A stretch of DNA of 64,000 bases from an uncultured Chloroflexia bacterium. Its GTDB lineage: Bacteria > Chloroflexota > Limnocylindria > Limnocylindrales > CSP1-4. Shown in pieces: positions 9,482 to 19,431 of this stretch. How positions within the stretch are numbered: position 1 is the stretch's first letter; every line of letters starts with the position of its first letter. Position numbers and translations under genes: made by a program. The notes under the pieces were generated by a model, which had not been told where the DNA came from, did not search any database, and saw nothing but the letters and a program-made list of their open reading frames with translations. The stretch covers positions 979,163 to 1,043,162 of the forward strand of contig CAWFXA010000003.1 of assembly GCA_963819655.1 (NCBI GenBank). The letters are read 5' to 3'.

Positions 9482-11141
9482 TCACACATCGGGGTTTCCT
9501 CGGCGCACGACACGTCCGGTCCGGGCCGCCTCATCCACGACGCCATCGCGAACGATCGGCGTGCCGTTGACCAGGACGTGTTCGATGCCGACCGGCGCGG
9601 CGGTCGGCGCGCGATAGGTCGTGCGGTCGGCGACGGTCGCGGCGTCGAAGACGACGACGTCGGCGTAGTTGCCCTCGCGCAGCGTGCCGCGCTTCCTGAG
9701 CCCGACCCGCTGGGCGGGTAATGACGTGGACTTGCGGATGGCCTCCTCGACACTGAACAGGCCGCGGTCGCGGGCGAAATGCCCGAGGACGCGGGGGAAG
9801 GTGCCGTAGGCCGCCGGGTGCGGCTTGCCACGGCCGGTCAGGATCGCGTCGCTCTCGGCCGCCGCGAGCGGATGCGCGAGCAATTTCTCCAGCCCAGCCT
9901 CCTCCTCCGGTTCGCCGGACACACCGAAGTACAGGGCCATCGCGTGCCCGCTCTCCTCGAGCACGAGGTCGGCGGCCACGTCGAACGGATGGCGATCGCG
10001 CTCTTCGGCGATCTCCGTCAGACGAGCGGCCTTCGAGCGGTTTGTTCGCCTCGCTCTCGACCCACATGATCGAGACGTTCTGCCAGCCGGTCGCTTCGAC
10101 CAGGTTGTGTGGCCAGCCGCCCGGCGTCCAGCACGGCCAGCCGGGCACGTCCTCCTCGATCGAGCGGCGGATGCGGGCACGGGCGTCCGGATCGCGCAGC
10201 CGGCCGAGGAGACCGTCGACGCCGCCGGCCAGCGCCCACGGCGGGAAGATGGCCAGGAGCGTCGTGTTCGCCGCGATATACGGGATCACGTCGAAGCCCG
10301 TGTCGACGCCCCGCTCGCGGGCCGCTTCATGGAGCTCGATGATCGCATCGAGCTTGGACCAGTTCGGACGACCGAACGCCTCCATGTGGGAGTGCTGGGT
10401 CGAGATCCCGTTGACCTCGCCGACCCGGATGACCTCCTTGGTGGCCGGCAGAAGCGTCTCGCTCGAGCCCCGGATGTGGCTCGCATACAGCCCGTCGAAC
10501 GGACCCAGCTCCGACGCCAGGTCCTCGATCTCCTCGGGGGGCGCGAAGATCCCGGGTGCGTAGAGCAACCCGGAAGACAGGCCCCAGGCACCTTCCTCCA
10601 TCGCTTTCCGGAGCTGGTCGCGCATCCGCGTCCGCTCGTCCGGCGTGAGCTCGCGGCCTTCGAACCCGACCTCGTGGATGCGCAGGGCGCCATGGGCGAC
10701 CATCGGCACGACGTTGAACATCAGGCCATGGCCGTCCAGATAGTCCAGGTAGTCGCCAAAACCGGTCCAGGCGTCGGGCAGGTCGCCGGCGCGCAGGAAC
10801 GTCGTGTAGCTCGCCAGCTCGGCCCGGGTGCGCGGGTTGACCGGCGCGGGCGAATACCCGCAGTTCCCGGTCACCAGCGTCGTGATGCCCTGGGCGGCGA
10901 ACGGGGCCAGGACCTCCCCGTGCGACTCGTCGGCGACGACGAAGTCGCTGTGCGAATGGATGTCGATGAAGCCGGGCGAGACGATCCGGCCGGCCGCATC
11001 GATCACCGTCGCTCCGGGCGCGTCGTCGGGGATCCGTCCGATCGCGGCGATCATGCCGTCACGGATCCCGATGTCGGCCGGGAACCACGGGTTACCCGTG
11101 CCGTCGACGACGCGCCCGTTCCTGATCAGGACATCGAACAT
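9482..11141 (-). CDS. N-acyl-D-amino-acid deacylase (D-aminoacylase); single-base frameshift near 10022
   Basis: PGFIDIHSHSD, GNCG, GLSSGLLY; C-terminal HPAAYGTFPRVLG and ADVVVFD continue in another frame (PLEGRS/LTEIAEE). Confidence 0.88.
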
Positions 11142-11170
11142 GGCCTGCCCTGCGCTACGAACCCGCGGAC

Positions 11171-12625
11171 TCAGAAGCCGGGGTTTGCGGCCAGGTACGC
11201 GTCGATCTCGTCCTGGGCCTTCTTGTGCTCCGCGGCCGGATCGGCGCCGTGGAACGCAGCCGAGACCGCGGCCTCCACGACGTCCGAGATCTTCTGGTAG
11301 GCCGCGCGCGTGCCGTAGCGATTGTTCTTGAACTCCTGCTGCGCGAACGCGGTGTCGACTGCCGCCTGGTCAGCCGCGGGGACCGTCGAGTCGCTGTACG
11401 GAGCGATGTACGACGGGTAGCCGCTCTCGTCCGCGGGCTCGAAGGTGTGCAGCTCCTCACGGCGGGTGAGGAGGCCGAGCTGGGTCGCGGCGTTCGAGTA
11501 GTGCTTGATGAGGTCGAGCGCCGCTTCCTTGTACGGGCTCGTCTTCGGGATGCCGAAGCACTCCCCCACCACCTGGCCGCCCGAGGCGGGCAGGTCGCCG
11601 CCGTAGCCCGGGATGATCGCGACCTCGACCGGATCTTCGCCGAGCGCCGACAGGTTCGGGTCACGAGCCTCGTACCAGATGTGCTGGTAGTCGATCATCA
11701 TCGCGGCCTTGCCGCCGAGGAAGACCTTCTTGGCCTCGACGTCGTAGATCCCCCAGGGCGACTCGATGACCTCCTTCGGCATGTTCGGCAGCAGGTCGAT
11801 CATGTCCTGCGTTGCCTTGATCGCCACGGGGTCGTTGAACCGGACTTCGCCGTTGGGCCCGTACAGGTCACCGCCGTTGAGGTGGTACCAGACGCACCAC
11901 TTCGGGAAGAGGTAGAGCGGCGCCCAGCCGTCGACGTAGCCGAACTGGTCGCCGGTCGTGAACTGCTTCGCGGCCGCGAGGAACTCGGCGTAGGTCTTCG
12001 GCACGGTGACGCCCGCGTCCGCGAACATCTTCTTGTTGGCGTAAAGGACGTACGTGTAGATGTTGCTCGGCAGGCCGTAGAACTTGCCGCTCGAACCCTT
12101 GGCAGCTTCGATGGCCGCCGGCAGCATGACGCTCTCGTCGACGGTGACCCCAAGCTCGTCGAATGGGGTCAGGTACTGCTCATAGAGGTCGACCCAGGCG
12201 CGCCACAGGTAGGCGACGTCCCAGCTCTCGCCGCCGCTCTCGAAGGCCGGCGTGAGCTTGAGCGGAAGCGGGCCGAAGGCCTCACGGGTGAACTCGACCT
12301 TCGCTCCTGTTCGCTGCTCCCACTCCGGGGTGACCATCGCGTAGAACCCGGTGTGGTTCGCGAGCAGGACCTTGAGCGGTCGCTCGAGGGTGAACGTCGC
12401 CGCCTCGCTGGGTGCGACGGATGGGCCGATGCTCGCAGCCGGAGCGCTGCTCGGCGCCGCCACCGACGGGGCAGCGGTCGGGGTGCACGCGGCAAGCGCG
12501 ACGCTCGCGCCGGCCATGGTGGTGCCGGCGAGGAACCGCCGCCGCGTGAGCGGGCTGGCGAGAACCCCGTCCGGGTTCTCCAAGGGTCGCTGGGTCTGGT
12601 CCATGACATCCTCCTCCATAGACAT
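11171..12625 (-). CDS. ABC transporter solute-binding lipoprotein (CUT1 sugar family) with Tat signal
   Basis: LTRRRFL twin-arginine motif plus LAAC lipobox; YGLP..LYANK..PKTYAEF. Confidence 0.9.
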   Translation of the reverse strand: MSMEEDVMDQTQRPLENPDGVLASPLTRRRFLAGTTMAGASVALAACTPTAAPSVAAPSSAPAASIGPSVAPSEAATFTLERPLKVLLANHTGFYAMVTPEWEQRTGAKVEFTREAFGPLPLKLTPAFESGGESWDVAYLWRAWVDLYEQYLTPFDELGVTVDESVMLPAAIEAAKGSSGKFYGLPSNIYTYVLYANKKMFADAGVTVPKTYAEFLAAAKQFTTGDQFGYVDGWAPLYLFPKWCVWYHLNGGDLYGPNGEVRFNDPVAIKATQDMIDLLPNMPKEVIESPWGIYDVEAKKVFLGGKAAMMIDYQHIWYEARDPNLSALGEDPVEVAIIPGYGGDLPASGGQVVGECFGIPKTSPYKEAALDLIKHYSNAATQLGLLTRREELHTFEPADESGYPSYIAPYSDSTVPAADQAAVDTAFAQQEFKNNRYGTRAAYQKISDVVEAAVSAAFHGADPAAEHKKAQDEIDAYLAANPGF

Positions 12626-12631
12626 GACGAC

Positions 12632-13651
12632 CTACTTCACGGCGCCTTCGCCGAGACCTCGAATGAGATACCGCTGCATGAGCAGGGCCAAGGTGAGTAC
12701 CGGGATCGACGCGATCAGGCCGGCCATCGAGAGCTGCGGTTCGATCCGGTTGATGGGGTCCATGAGGTTGACGATCGCCGGCGCGAGCATCGGTGTGCTG
12801 CCGACGTAGAGCACCTTCGACACGAGCAGGTCATTCCACGACAGGACGAACGCGAAGACCGCGGCCGTCACGATGCTCGGCACGGTCACAGGCAGGACGA
12901 CCCGTCGCAGAGCCTGGAGCCGGCTCGCACCATCGATCCGCGCGGCGTGCTCGAGGTCCGGCTCCACCCCGTCGAACGTCCCGATGAGGATCCAGGTCAC
13001 GAGCGGCACGGTGAGCGCGATGTGCCCGATCGCCATCCCCGGCAGCGTGTCGATCAGCCCGAGGCCCTTGAAGATCGCAACGAGCGGCACGAGCAGCGCG
13101 ACGCCCGGAAGCATGTACGCGACCATCACCCCGGTGTACGTCGCGCCCCGGCCAGGGTACCGAAGCCGCGCGATGGCGTACGCCCCCAACAGGCCGAGCA
13201 GCGTCGTGACGATCGCTGCCGTGGTAGACACCAGGAGGCTGTTGCGCAGGCCGTCCTCGAAATACGGGATCCGCATGAGCTGGTCGAACGCGATGGTCGT
13301 CGGCGCCGGCGGCAGGACATGGGGTCCCGTCAGCAGATCGGCCCGCCTCTGCAAGGACCCGAGCACCACCACGAACCCGAACGGGATGACGATCAACAGC
13401 ACGACGCCGAGCGCAAGGAGCGACGCCACGACCCGTGCGCCGAGATCCTGGCGAAGCGCGTTGAGGCCGCGCCACAGGAGGGTCAGGCCGGCGAGGGTGG
13501 CGACGACCCAGACCCAGAATGGCAGCCCGAACGGGCGCGCGATCTGGACGAGCTCGAGGATGGCGGCGCCGGCGATGAGTCCGGCTCCCGCGATCGCCGC
13601 GACCTTGGCCATCCGCGGCTCGGTCGCCGTCCGCAGCCCGTTCGTCGTCAC
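12632..13651 (-). CDS. Carbohydrate ABC transporter permease (MalG-type)
   Basis: LEHAARIDGAS EAA loop, FVLSWND; GTG start overlaps the upstream TGA. Confidence 0.9.
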   Translation of the reverse strand: MTTNGLRTATEPRMAKVAAIAGAGLIAGAAILELVQIARPFGLPFWVWVVATLAGLTLLWRGLNALRQDLGARVVASLLALGVVLLIVIPFGFVVVLGSLQRRADLLTGPHVLPPAPTTIAFDQLMRIPYFEDGLRNSLLVSTTAAIVTTLLGLLGAYAIARLRYPGRGATYTGVMVAYMLPGVALLVPLVAIFKGLGLIDTLPGMAIGHIALTVPLVTWILIGTFDGVEPDLEHAARIDGASRLQALRRVVLPVTVPSIVTAAVFAFVLSWNDLLVSKVLYVGSTPMLAPAIVNLMDPINRIEPQLSMAGLIASIPVLTLALLMQRYLIRGLGEGAVK

Positions 13652-14586
13652 GACAGGAGTCCCCGCGCCCTGCCCCGCGTGAGGAGCAGGGCGAGCACCA
13701 CGACGAAGGCGGTGACGACATACGCAAGCACCGCGCCGTACCCGAAATCGGTCTGCTCGAACGTCGTCTTGAACGTGTAGAAGTACAGGTTGTACGTCGA
13801 GTAGCGCCCGGGCCCGCCACCGGTCAGCGCGAAGATCAGGTCGAAGAGCTGGATCGTGATCAGGACCTGGATGATCACCGCAGCGATGAGGGTCGGGCGC
13901 AGGAACGGCAGGACGACGTGGCGGAACCGGCGCCACCGGCCGGCACCATCGATCCGGGCGGCGTTGATGGTCTCCTCGGGCAGGTACTGGAGGGCGACCA
14001 GGAAGATCAGGGCGAGGAGCGAGAACGTCTTCCAGATGTGGATCGCGGTCAGCATGAACAGGGTTCCCGGGACGCCACTCAGGAAGAGCGGCGGCTGATC
14101 GACAAGGCCGGCGTTGACGAGCCACTCGCCGAGGAGGCCCCGGCGCGAGTCGAGGAACCACTGGAACATCGCGGCCACGACGACAGGCGGCAGTGCCCAC
14201 GGGATAAGGAGCGCTGCGCGGGCGAGGCTACGACCCGGGAAGCGCTCGTTGAGCACCAGGGCCACCGCCAGTCCGATGACCACGCCGAGCACCGCCGATG
14301 GGATGACGTACATCAGCGTCTGACCCGCGGCCTGGATGAAGATCGGATCGGTCGTGATGCGGAGCCAGTTGTCGAGGCCGACGAATGGTCCGAGGCGGCC
14401 AGGCACCGTCGAACGTCCGGTGACGGTCAGCAGGAGCGAGTACACGACGGGATAGCCGATGAGGCCGATGAAGAGGGCCGCCGTCGGGATCAGGAACAGC
14501 GCGGCATACGCCTGGTTCTCGCGGCGGATCGACAGCCCGCTCAGGCGGTTGCCGCGCTCGGACACAGTCACTGGCTCGGCGGTCAT
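13648..14586 (-). CDS. Carbohydrate ABC transporter permease (MalF-type)
   Basis: FVGLDNW, NAARIDGA, LTGGGPG. Confidence 0.92.
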   Translation of the reverse strand: MTAEPVTVSERGNRLSGLSIRRENQAYAALFLIPTAALFIGLIGYPVVYSLLLTVTGRSTVPGRLGPFVGLDNWLRITTDPIFIQAAGQTLMYVIPSAVLGVVIGLAVALVLNERFPGRSLARAALLIPWALPPVVVAAMFQWFLDSRRGLLGEWLVNAGLVDQPPLFLSGVPGTLFMLTAIHIWKTFSLLALIFLVALQYLPEETINAARIDGAGRWRRFRHVVLPFLRPTLIAAVIIQVLITIQLFDLIFALTGGGPGRYSTYNLYFYTFKTTFEQTDFGYGAVLAYVVTAFVVVLALLLTRGRARGLLS

Positions 14587-15716
14587 CGCGCCACCGCCTC
14601 GCGCGGTTCCGCGCCGGTGGGACGGGCGTCCAGCGGAAGGCTGATGCGCTGCCCGTTGTCAGGGTCGAAGAACAACAGGTGGTTCGGGGCGAACGTCACG
14701 CCGACCTCGTCGCCGACGGCCAGCTCCTCGGCCGGGACGCGCGCCCGGAGGGTCCGGTCCGCCACCACGATCGTGGCGTACTCATCGGGCGCGACGACCT
14801 CCGTGAGCGTGACGCGCCCGGTCATCGACGACGATGCGACGTCGCGCACGACCCGGACTCCCTCCGGGCGCACGCCGAGGACGACCGGCAGTGGCGTCGC
14901 CGGCGGGTCCTGGTCTCGGAGGTCGACGCCGATGACGCCGGCCTCGAAGCGCGCCCGCCCGTCGACGGCCACGATCTGGCCGGGGATGAAGTTCATCGGC
15001 AAGCGCCCGACGAACGAGGCGACGAACCGGTTCGCCGGTCGTCGGTAGATCGACCCCGGCGTGTCCACCTGCTGGACGTCACCGCGGGCCATGACGACGA
15101 CCCGGTCGCCCATCGCCTCGGCGTCGTCCTGGTCATGGGTGACGTAGATGAACGTCGCCCGCAACTGCTGATGGAGTCGCTTGAGCTCCTCACGCGTCGT
15201 CGCCCGCAGGTTCGCGTCGAGGTTGCTGATCGGTTCGTCGAGGAGGAAGACCTTCGGCTCGCGAACGATCGCCCGGCCCAGCGCCACGCGCTGACGCTCG
15301 CCGCCGCTCAGGGCGCGCGGATGACGGTCGAGCAGGCCGCCGATGCCGAGCATCTCCGCGACCTCGCCGACGCGGGCGTACCGGTCGGGCTTGTTCATGC
15401 CGCGGAGCATCAACGGGAAGCCGATGTTGTCGCGCGCGGTCATATGCGGGTACAGCCCGTAGGACTGGAAGACCATCGCGACGTCGCGCCGCTCCGGCGT
15501 GACGTTGGTCACATCGCGTCCGTCCATCAGGATCCGCCCGGAGGTGACCTCCTCGATGCCGGCGAGCAACTTGAGGACAGTGCTCTTGCCGGACCCCGAC
15601 GGCCCGAGCACGCAGGTGAATAGGCCATCCTCGAACGTCAGCGATGTCTCGCACAGGGCATCGCTCGCGGCGTTCGGGTAGCGCTTGACCACCCTGTCGA
15701 GGCGAACCTCAGCCAC
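14583..15716 (-). CDS. ABC transporter ATP-binding protein (MalK-type, TOBE domain)
   Basis: GPSGSGKS, LSGGERQ, LLDEP, YVTHDQ. Confidence 0.95.
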   Translation of the reverse strand: MAEVRLDRVVKRYPNAASDALCETSLTFEDGLFTCVLGPSGSGKSTVLKLLAGIEEVTSGRILMDGRDVTNVTPERRDVAMVFQSYGLYPHMTARDNIGFPLMLRGMNKPDRYARVGEVAEMLGIGGLLDRHPRALSGGERQRVALGRAIVREPKVFLLDEPISNLDANLRATTREELKRLHQQLRATFIYVTHDQDDAEAMGDRVVVMARGDVQQVDTPGSIYRRPANRFVASFVGRLPMNFIPGQIVAVDGRARFEAGVIGVDLRDQDPPATPLPVVLGVRPEGVRVVRDVASSSMTGRVTLTEVVAPDEYATIVVADRTLRARVPAEELAVGDEVGVTFAPNHLLFFDPDNGQRISLPLDARPTGAEPREAVAR

Positions 15717-17166
15717 GCTCGCTCCCGGCCGCGGCTGCGACGCGTTCTGGCCCGGCTCGGACGACCTCCCACTCCTCCCGGAGCTGGTCGGCATCGATGT
15801 TCAGGTCGGCGGCCAGGAAGTCGACCTCGACGTCGACCAGCGGCCTGGACCCCGCCCTGGTGGCGATCCGCTGGAGATACGAGCGCCGCAGCCGCGCCAG
15901 GTCGATCTCGCCGATGCCCATCGCTTCGATGGTCGGCGGGAAGACGATGCGCTGACCCGGACGCTCATCCTCGCGCGGCCCGACCGCCAGCTCGATGCCC
16001 ATCTCGCGGGCCAGCGTCAACTGGGCGGTCGGATGCTTGCCTGCGCCCGTGTATTCGGTCTCCTGGACGACGATGACCTCGTCCTCACGGAACTCTCGGG
16101 CCAGGACGAGGGCGGCCGCCAGGGAGGTGTTGCCGGCCGGTCCCCGCTCGAGGCCCTCGAGATCGGCGAGAAGCTGGGTCGTGTAGAAGACCTCGCCCTG
16201 GGTGACCGTGACGTAGCGGTCCAGGTAGCGCAGCCCGCGAGCCGCGTTCCGCGGCACGTCGACCCGATCGGGATCGACGGAGAAGGGAACCCCGAAACCG
16301 GTGTGGCCGGTCGTGAACGACTTGCGATTGAAGTCACGGTCGCTGGCCATGTGCAACCCGGTCAGGTCCACGCTGGCGCCGATCACGGACGTGTCGTCGG
16401 CACCCGCTCGCCGAAGACCCCTGGCGGTCCCGGTGACGTTGCCCCCGCCGCTGTGGGTCGCGACCACGGCCGACGGGGCCCGGCCGTACCGCTCCGTGCA
16501 TTCGACGGCGATCTCGTAGCCGAGCGTCTCGACACCCAGCGTCGCATACGGCGTGTACAGGCTGGCGTTGAAGTAACCGGTCTGCTCGAGCAGGCGCAGA
16601 TGGATGTAGAACAGCTCCGGACCGACGGTCAACTGCCAGACCTCGGCGCCGTACGCCTCGCACGCGCGTGTCTTCTCGAGGACTTCCGGCTGGCCGCGAC
16701 CGTTCGAGTCGAACACCTCCTGGAGGATCAGCGCCTTGAGCCCGTACATCGCGGCCTGCGACGCGATCGCCGCCCCGTAGTTGCCAGACGTGGCCGCGAT
16801 CACACCGGCAAAGCCACCGTCGGCGGCCTGCGCGAGACAGATCGACGCCCGGCGGGCCTTGAAGCTACCGGCCGCGTTCGCCGCCTCGTCCTTCACCAGG
16901 ATCCGCGCGCCAAATCCGGGCGGGGCCGCCTGGCGGGCCAGCGCGCTGAGCCGGTTCAGCTCGAGCAATGGAGTCTCACCGACCTTGTTCTGGCGCTGCA
17001 CGCGACGGACGTCCTCGAAGGTCGGCGGCGGGCTGTCGGCGAGGCCCGCGTAGTCGAACGCGATACCTCCCTCGAGCTCGTACCGGTCGTAATCGATCCC
17101 GATCGACCGCCGCATGATCTCGGCGCGGCGGGCCATGACGCCCGTGTACGAGTCGTCGCGGGTCAT
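15709..17166 (-). CDS. ortB: 2-amino-4-oxopentanoate thiolase beta subunit (PLP-dependent)
   Basis: SYTGVMARRAEIM, KDEAANAAGSFKARRAS, SDRDFNRKSFTTGHTGFGVPF, GPAGNTSLAAA, ETEYTGAGKH. Confidence 0.92.
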   Translation of the reverse strand: MTRDDSYTGVMARRAEIMRRSIGIDYDRYELEGGIAFDYAGLADSPPPTFEDVRRVQRQNKVGETPLLELNRLSALARQAAPPGFGARILVKDEAANAAGSFKARRASICLAQAADGGFAGVIAATSGNYGAAIASQAAMYGLKALILQEVFDSNGRGQPEVLEKTRACEAYGAEVWQLTVGPELFYIHLRLLEQTGYFNASLYTPYATLGVETLGYEIAVECTERYGRAPSAVVATHSGGGNVTGTARGLRRAGADDTSVIGASVDLTGLHMASDRDFNRKSFTTGHTGFGVPFSVDPDRVDVPRNAARGLRYLDRYVTVTQGEVFYTTQLLADLEGLERGPAGNTSLAAALVLAREFREDEVIVVQETEYTGAGKHPTAQLTLAREMGIELAVGPREDERPGQRIVFPPTIEAMGIGEIDLARLRRSYLQRIATRAGSRPLVDVEVDFLAADLNIDADQLREEWEVVRAGPERVAAAAGSERG

Positions 17167-17506
17167 CGCGGTTCGGACTCCTCGAGCGCTCGACGCGCGG
17201 CCACGCCGAGGGCCAGCAACTCGGGGACGGGGTCGCCGAAATCGGCGGGGTTGCGTGGGTTCACCGGGTCAGCCGACCGCCGACCTCACGTCCCAGGAGT
17301 GTGCGCACCGTGACGTCATCGCCGAGCGAGGCGGGCTCGGCCAGGAACCCCCGGATGCGGGCGACGAAGTCGGTCTCCGCGGTGTCCTGGGGCACGTTGG
17401 GGGCCCGGCCACCAGCTGGAAGGACGACCTGGCTGACCTCCACCCACGCCCCGGCCGGGACCGGCGTCGCGTCGGCCGCGGGGCTGCGGGGGAGCTTCGC
17501 CACCAC
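17163..17506 (-). CDS. ortA: 2-amino-4-oxopentanoate thiolase alpha subunit; single-base frameshift near 17264
   Basis: GAWVEVSQVVL..GRAPNVPQDT, GFL, TLLGR; shifted frame continues VNPRNPADFGDPVPELLALG and ends in an ATGA overlap with ortB. Confidence 0.85.
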
Positions 17507-17544
17507 GACCTCCGATCGTTCAAGCGCCGGAAAACGTGTCATGC

Positions 17545-17577
17545 ACGATATGCCAACGACCACCTTGCGTCAACGCA
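17545..17577 (-). promoter_or_regulatory. Sigma70-type promoter of the ort operon with palindrome over the -35
   Basis: Minus strand TTGACG-17nt-TATCGT; TGCGT-ca-ACGCA inverted repeat; GGAGG RBS before ortA. Confidence 0.6.
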
Positions 17578-17616
17578 TATAGTACAGACGAAGGCCCGTG
17601 CACGGAGGCATCCCGC

Positions 17617-18987
17617 GTGTCCAGCCTCGTCCAGGATGACGCCCTGCGATCGCTCTCGGAGACCCTGCGCGGCGAGCTGTTACTGCCCGGCGATGACGGC
17701 TACGAGACCGCGCGACGTGTCTTCAACGGCATGATCGACAAGCGCCCTGCGGCCATCGCCCGCGTCCGCGGGACGTCCGACGTGATCGCGGCGATCGCCT
17801 ACGCCCGGGACCGCGGTCTGCAGGTCGGCGTCCGCGGTGGCGGCCATAACGTGGCCGGCCACGGGACGTGCGATGACGGCCTGCTCATCGATTTCTCCCT
17901 GATGCGCGGCGCCCGGGTGGACCTCACGTCACAGACCGCGCGCGCGGATCCTGGCTGCAACTGGATCGACTTCGACACGGAGACCTCCGCTCACGGGCTC
18001 GCCACGACCGGCGGGACCGTCGGGAGCACCGGGATCGCGGGGCTGACCCTCGGTGGAGGGCTTGGCTTCCTGATGGGGAGCTATGGCTTGACGTGCGACA
18101 ACCTCGTCTCGGCCGACGTGGTGATGGCCGACGGGTCGTTCGTGACAGCAAGTGACGAGAGCCACGAGGAGCTCTTCTGGGGCATCCGCGGCGGGGGCGG
18201 CAACTTCGGGGTCGTCACCTCGTTCGAGTACTGCCTCCATCCGGTCGATCGGTTGCTGGCCGGGCTCGTCGCCTATCCGTTCGAGCACGCTCGCGCCGCG
18301 CTCGAGCTGTTCCGTGAGGTCACGGCGGTGGCGCCGGACGAGCTCAGTTGCGCCTTCGTGATGGTCACCGTCCCGGACGGCGGACCGCGCATCGCCGCCA
18401 TCGCGGCCTGCTACAACGGGCCGATCGAGGACGGCGAGAAGATCGTCGCGCCGATCCGCCGCCTCGGCCCGCCTCTCGACGACGGGATCCGCCCGATGAC
18501 CTATCCCGAGGTGCAGCGCATCTTTGCGGAGATCCCATTCGGGCTGCAGAACTACTGGAAGGGCCACTTCCTGCGCGACATGCCGGACGCGGCCATCGAC
18601 GCGGCCGTGGCGTCGTTCGAGGGGGTCACGTCGGATCACTCCGCGATCCTGATCGAGGCCCCGCACGGCGCCGTGCGCCGGGTACCGGATGACGCCACAG
18701 CGTTCGGCCAGCGCCAGGCCCGGTTCAACGCGAGCGCGCTCGCGGTCTGGGAAGGTCCGGCCGATCCGGACCGGCACATCCGATGGGTGCGCGACTATGC
18801 CGACGCGGTCGCGCCGTACGCGTCCGGAGACTACGTGAACTACCTGGCCGACGACGCGTCGAGCGCTGAAGTCGCGTCAGCCTACGGGGCCCAGCGCTTC
18901 GAACGGCTGGTCGCGCTCAAGAACCGCTACGACCCGTCGAACGTCTTCCGCTTCAATGCGAATATCGCCCCGAGTCGGCCGGCCTGA
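17617..18987 (+). CDS. FAD-binding oxidoreductase (BBE / 6-hydroxy-D-nicotine oxidase-like)
   Basis: RGGGHN, GIAGLTLGGG, RGGGGNFGVVT, YVNY, KNRYDPSNVF. Confidence 0.93.
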   Translation: MSSLVQDDALRSLSETLRGELLLPGDDGYETARRVFNGMIDKRPAAIARVRGTSDVIAAIAYARDRGLQVGVRGGGHNVAGHGTCDDGLLIDFSLMRGARVDLTSQTARADPGCNWIDFDTETSAHGLATTGGTVGSTGIAGLTLGGGLGFLMGSYGLTCDNLVSADVVMADGSFVTASDESHEELFWGIRGGGGNFGVVTSFEYCLHPVDRLLAGLVAYPFEHARAALELFREVTAVAPDELSCAFVMVTVPDGGPRIAAIAACYNGPIEDGEKIVAPIRRLGPPLDDGIRPMTYPEVQRIFAEIPFGLQNYWKGHFLRDMPDAAIDAAVASFEGVTSDHSAILIEAPHGAVRRVPDDATAFGQRQARFNASALAVWEGPADPDRHIRWVRDYADAVAPYASGDYVNYLADDASSAEVASAYGAQRFERLVALKNRYDPSNVFRFNANIAPSRPA

Positions 18988-19035
18988 CGCACGGCGCCCC
19001 CCAACCGTCGCAGGCCGGCCGACTATCCTTGATCC

Positions 19036-19395
19036 ATGGATGAGCAGACCGTTCGTGCCCACGCCCGCGCGATGTGCGACGCGATCGTCGCCGGCGACGT
19101 CGATCGGGCGATCGAGGATGTCAGCCCGGAGCTGCGCAGGAACCTCGGCGAGGTGATCAGCCTCTTTCCGCTGCCGTCGAGGGAGGCGGCGATCGAGTCG
19201 ATCGCTCAAGGCGGCTCGAGCTTCGTGGTCGTGCTGCGGCTGGTCGGCGAGAACGAGGAGGTCCAGGTCCAGACGCGCTGGAAGGATCGTGACGGCAAGC
19301 CGACGCTCGTCGAGGCGAGCCACCTGAGCCGGACCGAGGTCGCGGCGGAGGCCGCCGAGACCGAAGGTGGCGGCGAGGACGCGAACGGCGGCTGA
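19036..19395 (+). CDS. Small acidic hypothetical protein (NTF2-like?)
   Basis: Coding-like codon usage; TATCCT-N6-ATG leaderless signature. Confidence 0.65.
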   Translation: MDEQTVRAHARAMCDAIVAGDVDRAIEDVSPELRRNLGEVISLFPLPSREAAIESIAQGGSSFVVVLRLVGENEEVQVQTRWKDRDGKPTLVEASHLSRTEVAAEAAETEGGGEDANGG

Positions 19396-19431
19396 CGGCT
19401 CCGGTCGACGCCCCGGCTGACCGACCCCGGG

